A model generated the notes under the pieces. That model saw only the letters and a program-made list of their open reading frames with translations. It was not told the DNA's origin and did no database searches. From Dehalococcoidia bacterium (GTDB lineage Bacteria; Chloroflexota; Dehalococcoidia; UBA6926), in the NCBI GenBank assembly GCA_963666115.2, contig CAXXET010000007.1, positions 192,001 to 256,000 on the forward strand: a DNA stretch of 64,000 nt, written 5' to 3'. Shown piece after piece: positions 47,801 to 56,564 of the stretch; position 1 is the first letter of the stretch; every line of letters starts with the position of its first letter. Position numbers and translations under genes: made by a program.

Positions 47801-48606
47801 GCCATTGCTCCTGCCGTTGCGGCCGGTTCAGTTTCCTTCACAATACTCGTGCCGGCGCCGTGCTCGAGCGCGTCACGCAGGGCATTCGGCACGCGGCCAT
47901 CGATAATCTGCGCAGTCCGGGCATGGGCAAGCGCATTCAGGCAGGCCGTCACCTTGGGAATCATGCCGCCGGTGATGACATTATCCCTGATCAGTTCCTG
48001 CACGCGCTCCTCCGTCAGGGTGGCCAACAGTTCCCCGTCCAAACCCAACACACCCGGAACGTCTGTCATGAAGATGACGCGGTCCGCCTCCAACGCGCCG
48101 GCGAGCGCGCCGGCCACGGAGTCCGCATTGACGTTCAGCAGCCTGCCCTTGTCATTCACGTCGACGGAGACGGGGGAAAAGACGGGGATGAAATCGTGAT
48201 GGAGGAGGCCGGTGATGAGGTCGGTTTGGATGGAGGCAACCTCGCCGACGCGGCCAAGCTCAGGGTCTCTCACTTCGGCGGCGATAACCGCGCCGTCCGC
48301 GCCCGTCAGGCCAACGCCTCGGCCGCCCGCCTCTCCAATAGCCGCCACGATGCGGGTGTTGACCAAGCCGCAGAGGACAGCGGTGACGACATCCAGGGCC
48401 TCATCACTCGTGACACGCAGTCCGCGCACGAAGGTCGATTCGACGCCCGCCTGGTCGAGCCACTTCGAGATTAGGGGGCCGCCGCCGTGGACGACGACAG
48501 GCGAGACGCCCTGACGTTGCACGGCGACCAGGTCCTGGAACGTGGTGTCCTCAGGGCCGAGGGCGTTTCCGCCGATCTTGACCACGATTCGCGCGTTTTC
48601 TGCCAT
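47797..48606 (-). CDS. argB: Acetylglutamate kinase
   Basis: VVKIGG, VHGGGP, GLRVT, NVNAD, GGMIPK. Confidence 0.96.
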   Translation of the reverse strand: MAENARIVVKIGGNALGPEDTTFQDLVAVQRQGVSPVVVHGGGPLISKWLDQAGVESTFVRGLRVTSDEALDVVTAVLCGLVNTRIVAAIGEAGGRGVGLTGADGAVIAAEVRDPELGRVGEVASIQTDLITGLLHHDFIPVFSPVSVDVNDKGRLLNVNADSVAGALAGALEADRVIFMTDVPGVLGLDGELLATLTEERVQELIRDNVITGGMIPKVTACLNALAHARTAQIIDGRVPNALRDALEHGAGTSIVKETEPAATAGAMA

Positions 48607-48693
48607 TATCCTTCCACGCCAGCCGCATCACGCGGCACCATTCAGACTACCAGAGTAGCGAATGCGGGGAACGCGCGCAGTACCGGCGCGCTC

Positions 48694-49905
48694 TCAGGTG
48701 GTGTATTCGCCGTTGATGCGGACGTATTCATAGGAGAAATCGCACGTCCACGCCGTGGCCGCGCCGCCGCCGAGGCCAAGTGCCACGTCAAATCGCACCT
48801 CTGGCTGCTTCATGCGCTCAACGGCGTCGTCCCTGTCAAAGGGCACAGCCTGCCCGTTCTCCAGCACACAGATGTCGTTGAAATGCAGCGTCACGCGGGA
48901 TTCCTGCATTTCGATGCCGCTGCGACCCAGCGCCATCATGACACGGCCCCAATTGGGATCATTGCCGAAGACGGCGGTCTTGACGAGCGGGGACGTGGAG
49001 ATGACGCGGGCGGCCTGCCTCGCGTCGTTGTCAGTGAGCGCGCCGGACACGGTGATTTCAATAAGCTTGGTTGCGCCTTCGCCGTCACGCACGATGGCCT
49101 TGGCCAACTCCATCGAAACGTAGGTGACGGCGTCCTCTATGAGCTTCTCATTTTCTCCGCCGTTAATCGCCTCGTTGCCCGCCGCGCCGTTGGCAATCAC
49201 GATCAGGGTGTCGTTCGTGGACGTGTCGCCATCCACGCTGATCATGTTGAAGGAGCGGTCGGTGGCGCGCGTGACGATCCTCTGCAGGCAACCCTGCTCC
49301 ACGGCAGCATCCGTCGTGATGAACGCGAGCATCGTCGCCATGTCCGGGTGGATCATGCCTGAGCCCTTTGTCGCGCCCGCAACAGTGATTGTTTGCCCGC
49401 CGATCTCCACCGTGACGGCGCTCTCCTTGGACGCAAGGTCCGTCGTCATGATTGCAAGCGCAAAGTTGTGGCCGGCATCATCCGCGAGTTCAACGGCATC
49501 TATGCCGCGGCGCATGACGTCCATGGGCATGGGCACGCCGATGACGCCGGTGCTGCAAACGAGGACCTCTTCCAGGCGCAGGCCCAGCTTGTCCGCCACC
49601 ATCTGCGCGGAGGCGCGGGCGTCCGTCATGCCCTGCTCTCCGACGGCAGCATTGGCGTTGCCGCTGTTGACGACGACGGCGCGGGGGGCGGCGCGTCCGA
49701 TATGCTCACGGCTGACAATGACGGGCGCGGCCGTGACCTTGTTCTTCGTAAAGACAGCCGCGCCGGTCGTCTCGCCATCCGCGGCGAGGATGGTGACGTC
49801 CATGACGTCCTCCGGCGTATCCGAGCGGATGCCGGCGTGAACCGCCCCTGCGCGGAAGCCGCGCGGCGAGGTGACGGAGCCGTTTTCAATGGGAGTAAGA
49901 GCCAT
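48694..49905 (-). CDS. argJ: Ornithine acetyltransferase / N-acetylglutamate synthase
   Basis: NSGNANA, STGVIG, KGSGMIHPDMATML, DGDTSTND, DGEGATK, DPNWGR. Confidence 0.97.
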   Translation of the reverse strand: MALTPIENGSVTSPRGFRAGAVHAGIRSDTPEDVMDVTILAADGETTGAAVFTKNKVTAAPVIVSREHIGRAAPRAVVVNSGNANAAVGEQGMTDARASAQMVADKLGLRLEEVLVCSTGVIGVPMPMDVMRRGIDAVELADDAGHNFALAIMTTDLASKESAVTVEIGGQTITVAGATKGSGMIHPDMATMLAFITTDAAVEQGCLQRIVTRATDRSFNMISVDGDTSTNDTLIVIANGAAGNEAINGGENEKLIEDAVTYVSMELAKAIVRDGEGATKLIEITVSGALTDNDARQAARVISTSPLVKTAVFGNDPNWGRVMMALGRSGIEMQESRVTLHFNDICVLENGQAVPFDRDDAVERMKQPEVRFDVALGLGGGAATAWTCDFSYEYVRINGEYTT

Positions 49906-49999
49906 GGTCGTGACCTACAGAACCTTGTCCAGTCATGCTAGTGAAAGACTAATCCTATAGCATTGAAGGGGATTCGGGATAGCGGTCACCGGAGAGCAG

Positions 50000-51070
50000 T
50001 TGATGACAACTGGCAGCGGTTGGAGGGAAGTCGTGGGGCGGCGCGTTTTGCGGCGCGCCGGAGTCCTGCTGGCGTTTGGCGCGTTGATGTTGGCGATGGC
50101 GTGCGACGCGAGCGAGACGGAGAGCACGGCGTCATGCACCGGCGGGACGCCCCTGGGCTTCAGCTTCTACGCGCTGTACGAGCCCGTCAGTTACTCGGAA
50201 GACCCCGACCCGGATTCAGCGGGCTTCCTGACGCACAGGGGCTACGAGGCCGACTTGCTGACGGCCCTCGAGGCGATGGAAGGAGCGGAACTCCGGTTCG
50301 AGCGCTCCCCTGTCACGGAATGGGCTGACAACTGGCTTCTTTCAGGAGGGCCGGATTTCGACGTGTCCGGCGGCGGCATCACAATTCGGGAATCACGCGA
50401 ACAGGACGCGGACGGCAATGATCGCGTCCGATTCACTGACGGACACATCGCCTTCCGGCAGTCACTGCTGGTTCGAGAGGCTGACGCGAATCGGATTAAC
50501 TCGTTCGACGCGCTGACGGGCGACGTTCGGGTTGGGGTTTTCGTCGCCACCACCGGCGAGGCGCGCCTCTTGCAGCTAACGGGCCTGGCGGATGACGACG
50601 GTACGTTGGCAGCCGGGACGATGGTGACGACGCCTGCGGGAGTCGTTACGGCGGACGGGACGCCCGCGTACGCGATTACGGCAGCGGGCGCAACGCCCAA
50701 TCTCGATGGACGCAGCAGAATCGCCCCGCCGTCCGCGGACATCCCTGAGCTGGTTTACCTGGACGACGCACAGGGCGGAGAGGCGGAGCTCATAGCGGCG
50801 CTCTATAACAAGGAGGTTGACGCCGTGGCAGGAGACGGCCTGGGCAACATCGACGCGGCGGCGAACGCGCCGGAGGGCGGGCTTGTCGTCTCGGCTTACG
50901 ATCCCGAGGTGGAGTACGGCGGCTTTACCGTGTCCGCCGCAGAGCCGGAACTGCTGTCGTGCCTGAACGACACGATCAACTATCTGACGGACAATCGCGC
51001 GATTGGCTACAAGGACTGGCAGGCGGACCCGGACGTTTTTCTGGACAGGGCGCGGCGCTGGGAGCCGTAG
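50000..51070 (+). CDS. Family 3 extracellular solute-binding lipoprotein
   Basis: Signal ending LAMAC; GYEADLL, FDVSGGGITI..R; start uncertain. Confidence 0.78.
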   Translation: MMTTGSGWREVVGRRVLRRAGVLLAFGALMLAMACDASETESTASCTGGTPLGFSFYALYEPVSYSEDPDPDSAGFLTHRGYEADLLTALEAMEGAELRFERSPVTEWADNWLLSGGPDFDVSGGGITIRESREQDADGNDRVRFTDGHIAFRQSLLVREADANRINSFDALTGDVRVGVFVATTGEARLLQLTGLADDDGTLAAGTMVTTPAGVVTADGTPAYAITAAGATPNLDGRSRIAPPSADIPELVYLDDAQGGEAELIAALYNKEVDAVAGDGLGNIDAAANAPEGGLVVSAYDPEVEYGGFTVSAAEPELLSCLNDTINYLTDNRAIGYKDWQADPDVFLDRARRWEP

Positions 51071-51089
51071 ACGGTAAAGGACAACCTAG

Positions 51090-53387
51090 ATGACCCAGAC
51101 TCAGCAGGAACCCACACGCATCGTCGGGCGCGGCGTTCAGCGGGTTGACAGCCCGGAACGGCTGACCGGCGAGGCCGTTTTCGGCGCGGACCACACCACC
51201 GACGGCACACTGTACGCCAAGCTCGTCCGCAGCCCGCACGCCAACGCGCGCGTCCTGAGCATCGACGTATCGAAGGCGGTTGCCCTGCCCGGCGTCCGCG
51301 CAGTCGTCACCTCGGCGGATTTCCCCTACATCGCCATGAGCAACCAGGCAGTCGGCGGCGAGATCACCATGACGCCGCGCGACCAGCGCCGGATGCAGAT
51401 GGCGGAGGATCGCATCTTCTACCACTGGCAGGCGGTGGCGGCCATTGCCGCGGACGACGCGACGATTGCCGAGGAGGCCGCCGCGCTCGTCGAGGTGGAA
51501 TACCAGCCGATTGAGCCTGTCGTCGACGTGGAGCGCGCCGTTCGGCCCGATTCGTCGCTCGTGCATGACGATCTCTATACGTGGGAGTTCGCCGGCGGGC
51601 CGTCGGACAAGCCGAGCAACATTGCCCGCCGCGTGGAGTTGAGCCGGGGCGACATCCAAAAGGGCTTCGCGGAATCGGACATCGTCATCGAGCGGTCGTT
51701 CCGCGGCGGCACGGTTCACCAGGGCTACCTGGAGCCGCAGGCGTGCACGGTGGACGTGGGTGATGACGGCCATCTGACCGTCTATTCCTCAAGCCAGATC
51801 AGCTTCAACCTGCGTGACACCCTCTCCATCATCCTCGGCCTGCCGCAGGACAAGATTACCGTCGTGCCGCTGGAGATCGGCGGCGGGTTCGGCGGCAAGG
51901 CGGGGCTGGGCATCGAGTTCGTGACGGCGCTGCTGGCCATGAAGGCGCGGCAGCCGGTCAAGCTGGTGCTTGCGCGGGAGGAGGTCTTCCGCGCCTCCGG
52001 CCCCACGTGCGCCCACGTCATTAATCTCCGCATCGGCGCGATGCGCGACGGCACAGTGACGGCATTCGAGGGACGCTATCTGCTGGACACGGGCGCGATG
52101 ACGGGATTCACCCACTCCGCCACCGCCGCCCTGACCGGAGCGTCGCATTACCGATTCCCGCACCTCTACGTGGACGCCTATGACGTGGTGACCAACAAGC
52201 CCGTCGCGATGGCGTACCGCGCGCCAAGCGGCCCCATCGGCAACTATCCCACGGAGGTCGTGATGGATGAGCTTGCCGAGGAATTGGACATGGACCCCAT
52301 CGACCTGCGGCTCATGAACGTAACGGAAGAGGGCGATCCGCTCCCGAACGGCCTCAACATGCCCGTGTGGGGACTCAAGAAAATCCTGCTCGCCGCCAAG
52401 GAGCATCCGGCATGGACTGATCCTGTGCCGGAGGGGCATGGTCGCGGCTTTGCGGCGGCGTATTGGGGAGGTGCGACGCTCACCTCCAGCGCGGAAATCC
52501 TGATCAATCCTGATGCCACGTTTGAGGTGACGACGGGCTCCGTGGACTTGACCGGCACGCGCACCACGATGGCGCAGTTTGCCGCAGAGGAACTCGGCGT
52601 GGAGATGGAACAGGTCAGCGTCCGCAGCGGCGATACTGATTCCGTCGGCCACACGGACGGCTCATTCGGCAGCCGTACGACGTTGACGACGGGCACGGCC
52701 GTCCTGCTTGCAGGCCGCGATGCGTTGGAAAAGCTGCGCGCCACAGCGGCGGAGATGCTGCGCGTCGAGCCTCAGTTCGTAGACTATGAGAATCAGACTT
52801 TCATCGCTCGTGACTCGGATCGCTCTGTGAGCCTGGCCGACGCCTGCAAGGCCGCTGTCGACGCAAACGAGGACGATGAGTTGAAGGGCATCGGCATGGC
52901 GACGGGGCTCCCCGCCGCGCCAACGTCCGCCGCATCCATTGCTGAGGTTGCCGTCGATAAGGATACGGGGCGCACGGCGATCACGCGGTTCACGATCTTC
53001 CAGGACCCCGGCAACGCGATCAACCCGCTCGCCGTGGAGGGGCAGATGCAAGGGGGCGCGGCGCAGGGCATCGGCTGGGCGCTGTGGGAGGTGTACGACG
53101 TCGACGTGGCGACGGGTATGATTCGCAATCCCAATTTCCTGGACTACCGGATGCCGACGACCGTTGACGTGCCGATGATCGAGCCGGTCATCGTATCCAC
53201 CCCGAACCCAAGCGGCCCGCACGGCGCGCGCGGCGTCGGCGAAATCCCGCTCGTGACGCCGGTAGGCGCAATCGGCAACGCCATCTACCACGCAACAGGC
53301 GTCCGCCTGCACCAGACCCCATTCACGCCGGAGCGGGTGCTATGGGGGCTAAAGGGGCTGGCGGGGGTGGAGGGGGATGCGGAGTAA
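51090..53387 (+). CDS. Xanthine dehydrogenase/CoxL family molybdopterin-binding subunit
   Basis: RSPHANAR, GGGFGGK, AYRAP, EGQMQGG, GVGE. Confidence 0.92.
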   Translation: MTQTQQEPTRIVGRGVQRVDSPERLTGEAVFGADHTTDGTLYAKLVRSPHANARVLSIDVSKAVALPGVRAVVTSADFPYIAMSNQAVGGEITMTPRDQRRMQMAEDRIFYHWQAVAAIAADDATIAEEAAALVEVEYQPIEPVVDVERAVRPDSSLVHDDLYTWEFAGGPSDKPSNIARRVELSRGDIQKGFAESDIVIERSFRGGTVHQGYLEPQACTVDVGDDGHLTVYSSSQISFNLRDTLSIILGLPQDKITVVPLEIGGGFGGKAGLGIEFVTALLAMKARQPVKLVLAREEVFRASGPTCAHVINLRIGAMRDGTVTAFEGRYLLDTGAMTGFTHSATAALTGASHYRFPHLYVDAYDVVTNKPVAMAYRAPSGPIGNYPTEVVMDELAEELDMDPIDLRLMNVTEEGDPLPNGLNMPVWGLKKILLAAKEHPAWTDPVPEGHGRGFAAAYWGGATLTSSAEILINPDATFEVTTGSVDLTGTRTTMAQFAAEELGVEMEQVSVRSGDTDSVGHTDGSFGSRTTLTTGTAVLLAGRDALEKLRATAAEMLRVEPQFVDYENQTFIARDSDRSVSLADACKAAVDANEDDELKGIGMATGLPAAPTSAASIAEVAVDKDTGRTAITRFTIFQDPGNAINPLAVEGQMQGGAAQGIGWALWEVYDVDVATGMIRNPNFLDYRMPTTVDVPMIEPVIVSTPNPSGPHGARGVGEIPLVTPVGAIGNAIYHATGVRLHQTPFTPERVLWGLKGLAGVEGDAE

Positions 53388-53435
53388 GGGCGTGTATGCT
53401 GGATACGTTGGGGTGGGAAACAAGGCAAGCCGGCG

Positions 53436-54776
53436 ATGAATGAAATCACACTCAAGAACTTCCGCTGTTTCCGTGAGGAGCAGACGGCACGTTTGGCGCC
53501 GTTGACGCTGCTCGTCGGCGAGAACAGCACCGGCAAAACCTCCTTCCTGGCGCTGATACGCGCGTTGTGGGACATCGCGAAAGACAACCGGATTCCCGAT
53601 TTCAAGGAGGCTCCGTACGACCTTGGCAGCTTCGATGAGATCGTTCACCACCGTGGAGTGCGCAACGGGCGGTCGGATTCATTCGAGGCCGGGTTTAGCG
53701 AGTCTGGACGTCGAACCAGAAGCAGCGTCGAATTGCGCGCTACCTTCGGACGCTCCCGAACAATCCCAGTGCCAGTCAGGAGGCGTGTTTCTTCGGCGCA
53801 TGCGTGGCTGGAAGAATCGTCAGCGCTTAGCGAATCAAACGTCGTGCGAGTTGGAACGTCGAGGGGGACGTGGGAAATCATCGATAGGGATGGGGAGCGA
53901 GCCCGGGTATCTGCCGATGACGAACGAATCGCGTCCATTCTGAGTTTGTTGCGGCAGTCCCTCTTCATCGCGAAGAACGAACCGTCGCGCTTTAAGCCGA
54001 TAGACGGCAGTCCCCCCATCGACCCTGGCGATTTGGGTTCGCTCGACGACGTGGCGCGATCGTTCGTCGGGATACGCTCCGCTGACCGGAGACCGTTTGC
54101 GAGCGCCCCAGTTCGCTCCAGCCCCCGGCGGACCTATGACCCGGCCCGGCCCATACCGGAATCCGAAGGGCAGTACATACCGATGCTCCTTGCGGATATG
54201 TACGATCGCGACAAAAAGGCATGGAACCGGTTACAACAGGGGTTGATTCAATTCGGCAAGCAGGCCGGCCTCTTCGACGAAATATCCATCAAGCAGTTGG
54301 GCAGGTCCGGGAGCGACCCGTTCCAGGTTCAAGTGCGCAAATTTGACGGCGCGCGCAAGGGCCCGTGGCGCAACCTCATCGACGTTGGTTACGGCGTAAG
54401 CCAGGCGCTGCCGGTGATAACGGAACTCTTGCACCACACGCAGAGGTCACTGTTCTTGCTCCAGCAGCCGGAGGTTCACCTGCATCCGATGGCCCAGGCT
54501 GCGCTCGGCAGCCTGTTTTGCCAGGTCGCCACGGCTCGCCGGCAACTGATCGTTGAGACCCACAGCGATCACCTGATTGACCGCATCCGCATGGACGTTC
54601 GTGACGGCGTATCGAGCCTGAAACCGGAGGATGTTTCAATCCTCTACTTTGAGCGGCGCGACATGGACGTCACCATCCACTCGATTCAGATCGACAAACT
54701 TGGCAATGTCGTAGGCGCGCCGCCCAGCTACGGGCGTTTCTTCATGGATGAAACGGCGCGATCTCTCCGGTTGTAA
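53436..54776 (+). CDS. ABC-type (AAA_15/AAA_21-like) ATPase
   Basis: LKNFRCF, Walker A GENSTGKT, signature VGYGVSQ, LLQQPEVHLHP, H-loop ETHS. Confidence 0.88.
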   Translation: MNEITLKNFRCFREEQTARLAPLTLLVGENSTGKTSFLALIRALWDIAKDNRIPDFKEAPYDLGSFDEIVHHRGVRNGRSDSFEAGFSESGRRTRSSVELRATFGRSRTIPVPVRRRVSSAHAWLEESSALSESNVVRVGTSRGTWEIIDRDGERARVSADDERIASILSLLRQSLFIAKNEPSRFKPIDGSPPIDPGDLGSLDDVARSFVGIRSADRRPFASAPVRSSPRRTYDPARPIPESEGQYIPMLLADMYDRDKKAWNRLQQGLIQFGKQAGLFDEISIKQLGRSGSDPFQVQVRKFDGARKGPWRNLIDVGYGVSQALPVITELLHHTQRSLFLLQQPEVHLHPMAQAALGSLFCQVATARRQLIVETHSDHLIDRIRMDVRDGVSSLKPEDVSILYFERRDMDVTIHSIQIDKLGNVVGAPPSYGRFFMDETARSLRL

Positions 54777-54779
54777 GGC

Positions 54780-55256
54780 ATGTGCGCGATTCTGGATGCG
54801 AACGCAGTGTCGGAAGTGTTCGGAGAGAACCGTCCAAGCGCCGGGACCAGGTTCCGTGAATGGATAGACAGCGGACGGGGGCGTCTCGTGACGGGCGGCA
54901 AGGCCCGCGAGGAATTGTACAGGGCATCGGAGCAGTTCAGGTTCTGGGCCAGAGCCGCTATCCGATATGGCCGACTGAAAGAGGAAAGTGACGACCGTGT
55001 CAACGCTCGGACTGCGGTGGTTGTTGAGGCGGGATTACACGAGTCGAACGACCCTCACATCCTTGCCCTCGCGATTGTCAGCGGAGTCCGATTGTTGTAC
55101 TCGAACGACAGGATGCTCCAGCGCGATTTCAGAAACAAGAGCTTGATTGACAGGCCGCGCGGCCATGTCTATACGACGCTTGTGAACAGGGATTTCACTC
55201 GTACACATGAACAGCTTCTCCGCCGGAAGGACTTGTGCGGCGAGCCGCAGGGTTGA
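54780..55256 (+). CDS. PIN-domain protein
   Basis: ILDAN...E...NDPHILALA...LYSND..L acidic pattern; 3 bp after the ATPase stop. Confidence 0.78.
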   Translation: MCAILDANAVSEVFGENRPSAGTRFREWIDSGRGRLVTGGKAREELYRASEQFRFWARAAIRYGRLKEESDDRVNARTAVVVEAGLHESNDPHILALAIVSGVRLLYSNDRMLQRDFRNKSLIDRPRGHVYTTLVNRDFTRTHEQLLRRKDLCGEPQG

Positions 55257-55298
55257 GGGGCAACCCCTCCCGTTCATACTGGAGACTCAACTCAAGAA

Positions 55299-56435
55299 AT
55301 GGGACGCATACCTGATCCGTCACTGCCCGACCCCGGGCAATTCGAACCAACACCGTCTACAACATCTTGGGAGGGGGTTCCGATCAATCCAGCGGACGCG
55401 CCGCCCGGATACCGTCGACCAACGCTACAACCACCGGAGCCGCCAAGTGACGATCCACCCTCCGACGATGAGCCAGAGGGCGGCGGTCATCGCCCTGAAA
55501 AGGGGGGCAAGGGAGGCTGCATTGGGTCCATCGCAAAGTTCCTGCTCTACGTCTTGGCCATAGTGTTCATACTTGAGTTGATTGACAGTGCATTCAGCGA
55601 CGACCTCTGGGAAACAACTCTAGCTAGGCAACTACCTCCTCTACAGGCAATCGTTGAAGGTGAATTGCTCTTTTATATTGATCCCGTCCCCCAATATGCC
55701 GCTGAAGGTGTCAAAGAAGCTGTCGACGACATCGTCACTGATCTCGAATCGCAAAAGCCTTACGGCGCTGAAGTTCGCCGAACTGTCCAGCCGAGCCAAG
55801 CCGACATCCACATTAGTTGGATTCGCGATTTTGGTGGCGACCACTTGGGTACAGAAATAAGTACTCATATCCATGTCGGACTGGGGACCACGAATTGCCA
55901 AGATGATTGGCAAGCCTTCGATGCCGACACGGTAGCGCATACTTTATGGCATGAAATTGGTCACGCATTTGGGTACGGACACAGCCCAGATCCCAAGAAC
56001 GTCATGTACAGGAGTCTGAACTCGAGATTCGAGGTTGATCACGACATTAGACAAGTGTTGCCACAGGATTGGTATATGGGTACACCGATATGCGAGTCTG
56101 GTAAATACACAATAGAATTGGTTTCCCTCGACAATGGCGGTTCATTCGATCTCTCTATATTGCCCGCTGGAACCGAACCAGAGGACGTATTGGAAGGAAT
56201 CGTAACGCCGTCCACGGTTTGCTCTTCCGGCTCCTTTCAGACAATTGAAGAGGAATGCCAATTGAGAATTGGGGACAACATCTTGATTTACAACGGGAGC
56301 GACGATACTATAGAAATCGAAGGCAGCATAGTCTCCACTACTCCGCAGGAGCCCACTGACATGCAATGGGATCAGGCCGCGTTTCAAATCGACCAGGATC
56401 TGATTGACTATTTCCTAGACAAGTACGGCGACTAA
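55299..56435 (+). CDS. Membrane-anchored matrixin-like (metzincin) metalloprotease
   Basis: HEIGHAFGYGH plus Met-turn NVMY; Pro-rich N-terminus and one TM helix. Confidence 0.85.
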   Translation: MGRIPDPSLPDPGQFEPTPSTTSWEGVPINPADAPPGYRRPTLQPPEPPSDDPPSDDEPEGGGHRPEKGGKGGCIGSIAKFLLYVLAIVFILELIDSAFSDDLWETTLARQLPPLQAIVEGELLFYIDPVPQYAAEGVKEAVDDIVTDLESQKPYGAEVRRTVQPSQADIHISWIRDFGGDHLGTEISTHIHVGLGTTNCQDDWQAFDADTVAHTLWHEIGHAFGYGHSPDPKNVMYRSLNSRFEVDHDIRQVLPQDWYMGTPICESGKYTIELVSLDNGGSFDLSILPAGTEPEDVLEGIVTPSTVCSSGSFQTIEEECQLRIGDNILIYNGSDDTIEIEGSIVSTTPQEPTDMQWDQAAFQIDQDLIDYFLDKYGD

Positions 56436-56505
56436 ACACTGGATTATTACCGCGAGTTTTTCGCGGAGGAGTAGGCACAAAGCCTGTCATGGACAGCTAA
56501 GGGCT

Positions 56506-56536
56506 TCTAGATTCCCGCTTTCGCGGGAATGACGGA
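56506..56536. repeat. REP/dRS3-like hairpin repeat, family A
   Basis: ATTCCCGC-TTTC-GCGGGAAT; near-identical to 14074-14104; between convergent genes. Confidence 0.85.
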
Positions 56537-56564
56537 CTGGGTGGAAAATAACGGAGCGGGGAGC

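Noticed and set aside
49906-49999. ARG box upstream of argJ
   Set aside because: An AT-rich stretch is present but has no convincing TGAAT...ATTCA dyad.
51090-53387. Aerobic CO dehydrogenase CoxL
   Set aside because: Lacks the AYxCSFR and AYRGAGR loops and has no adjacent coxM/coxS.
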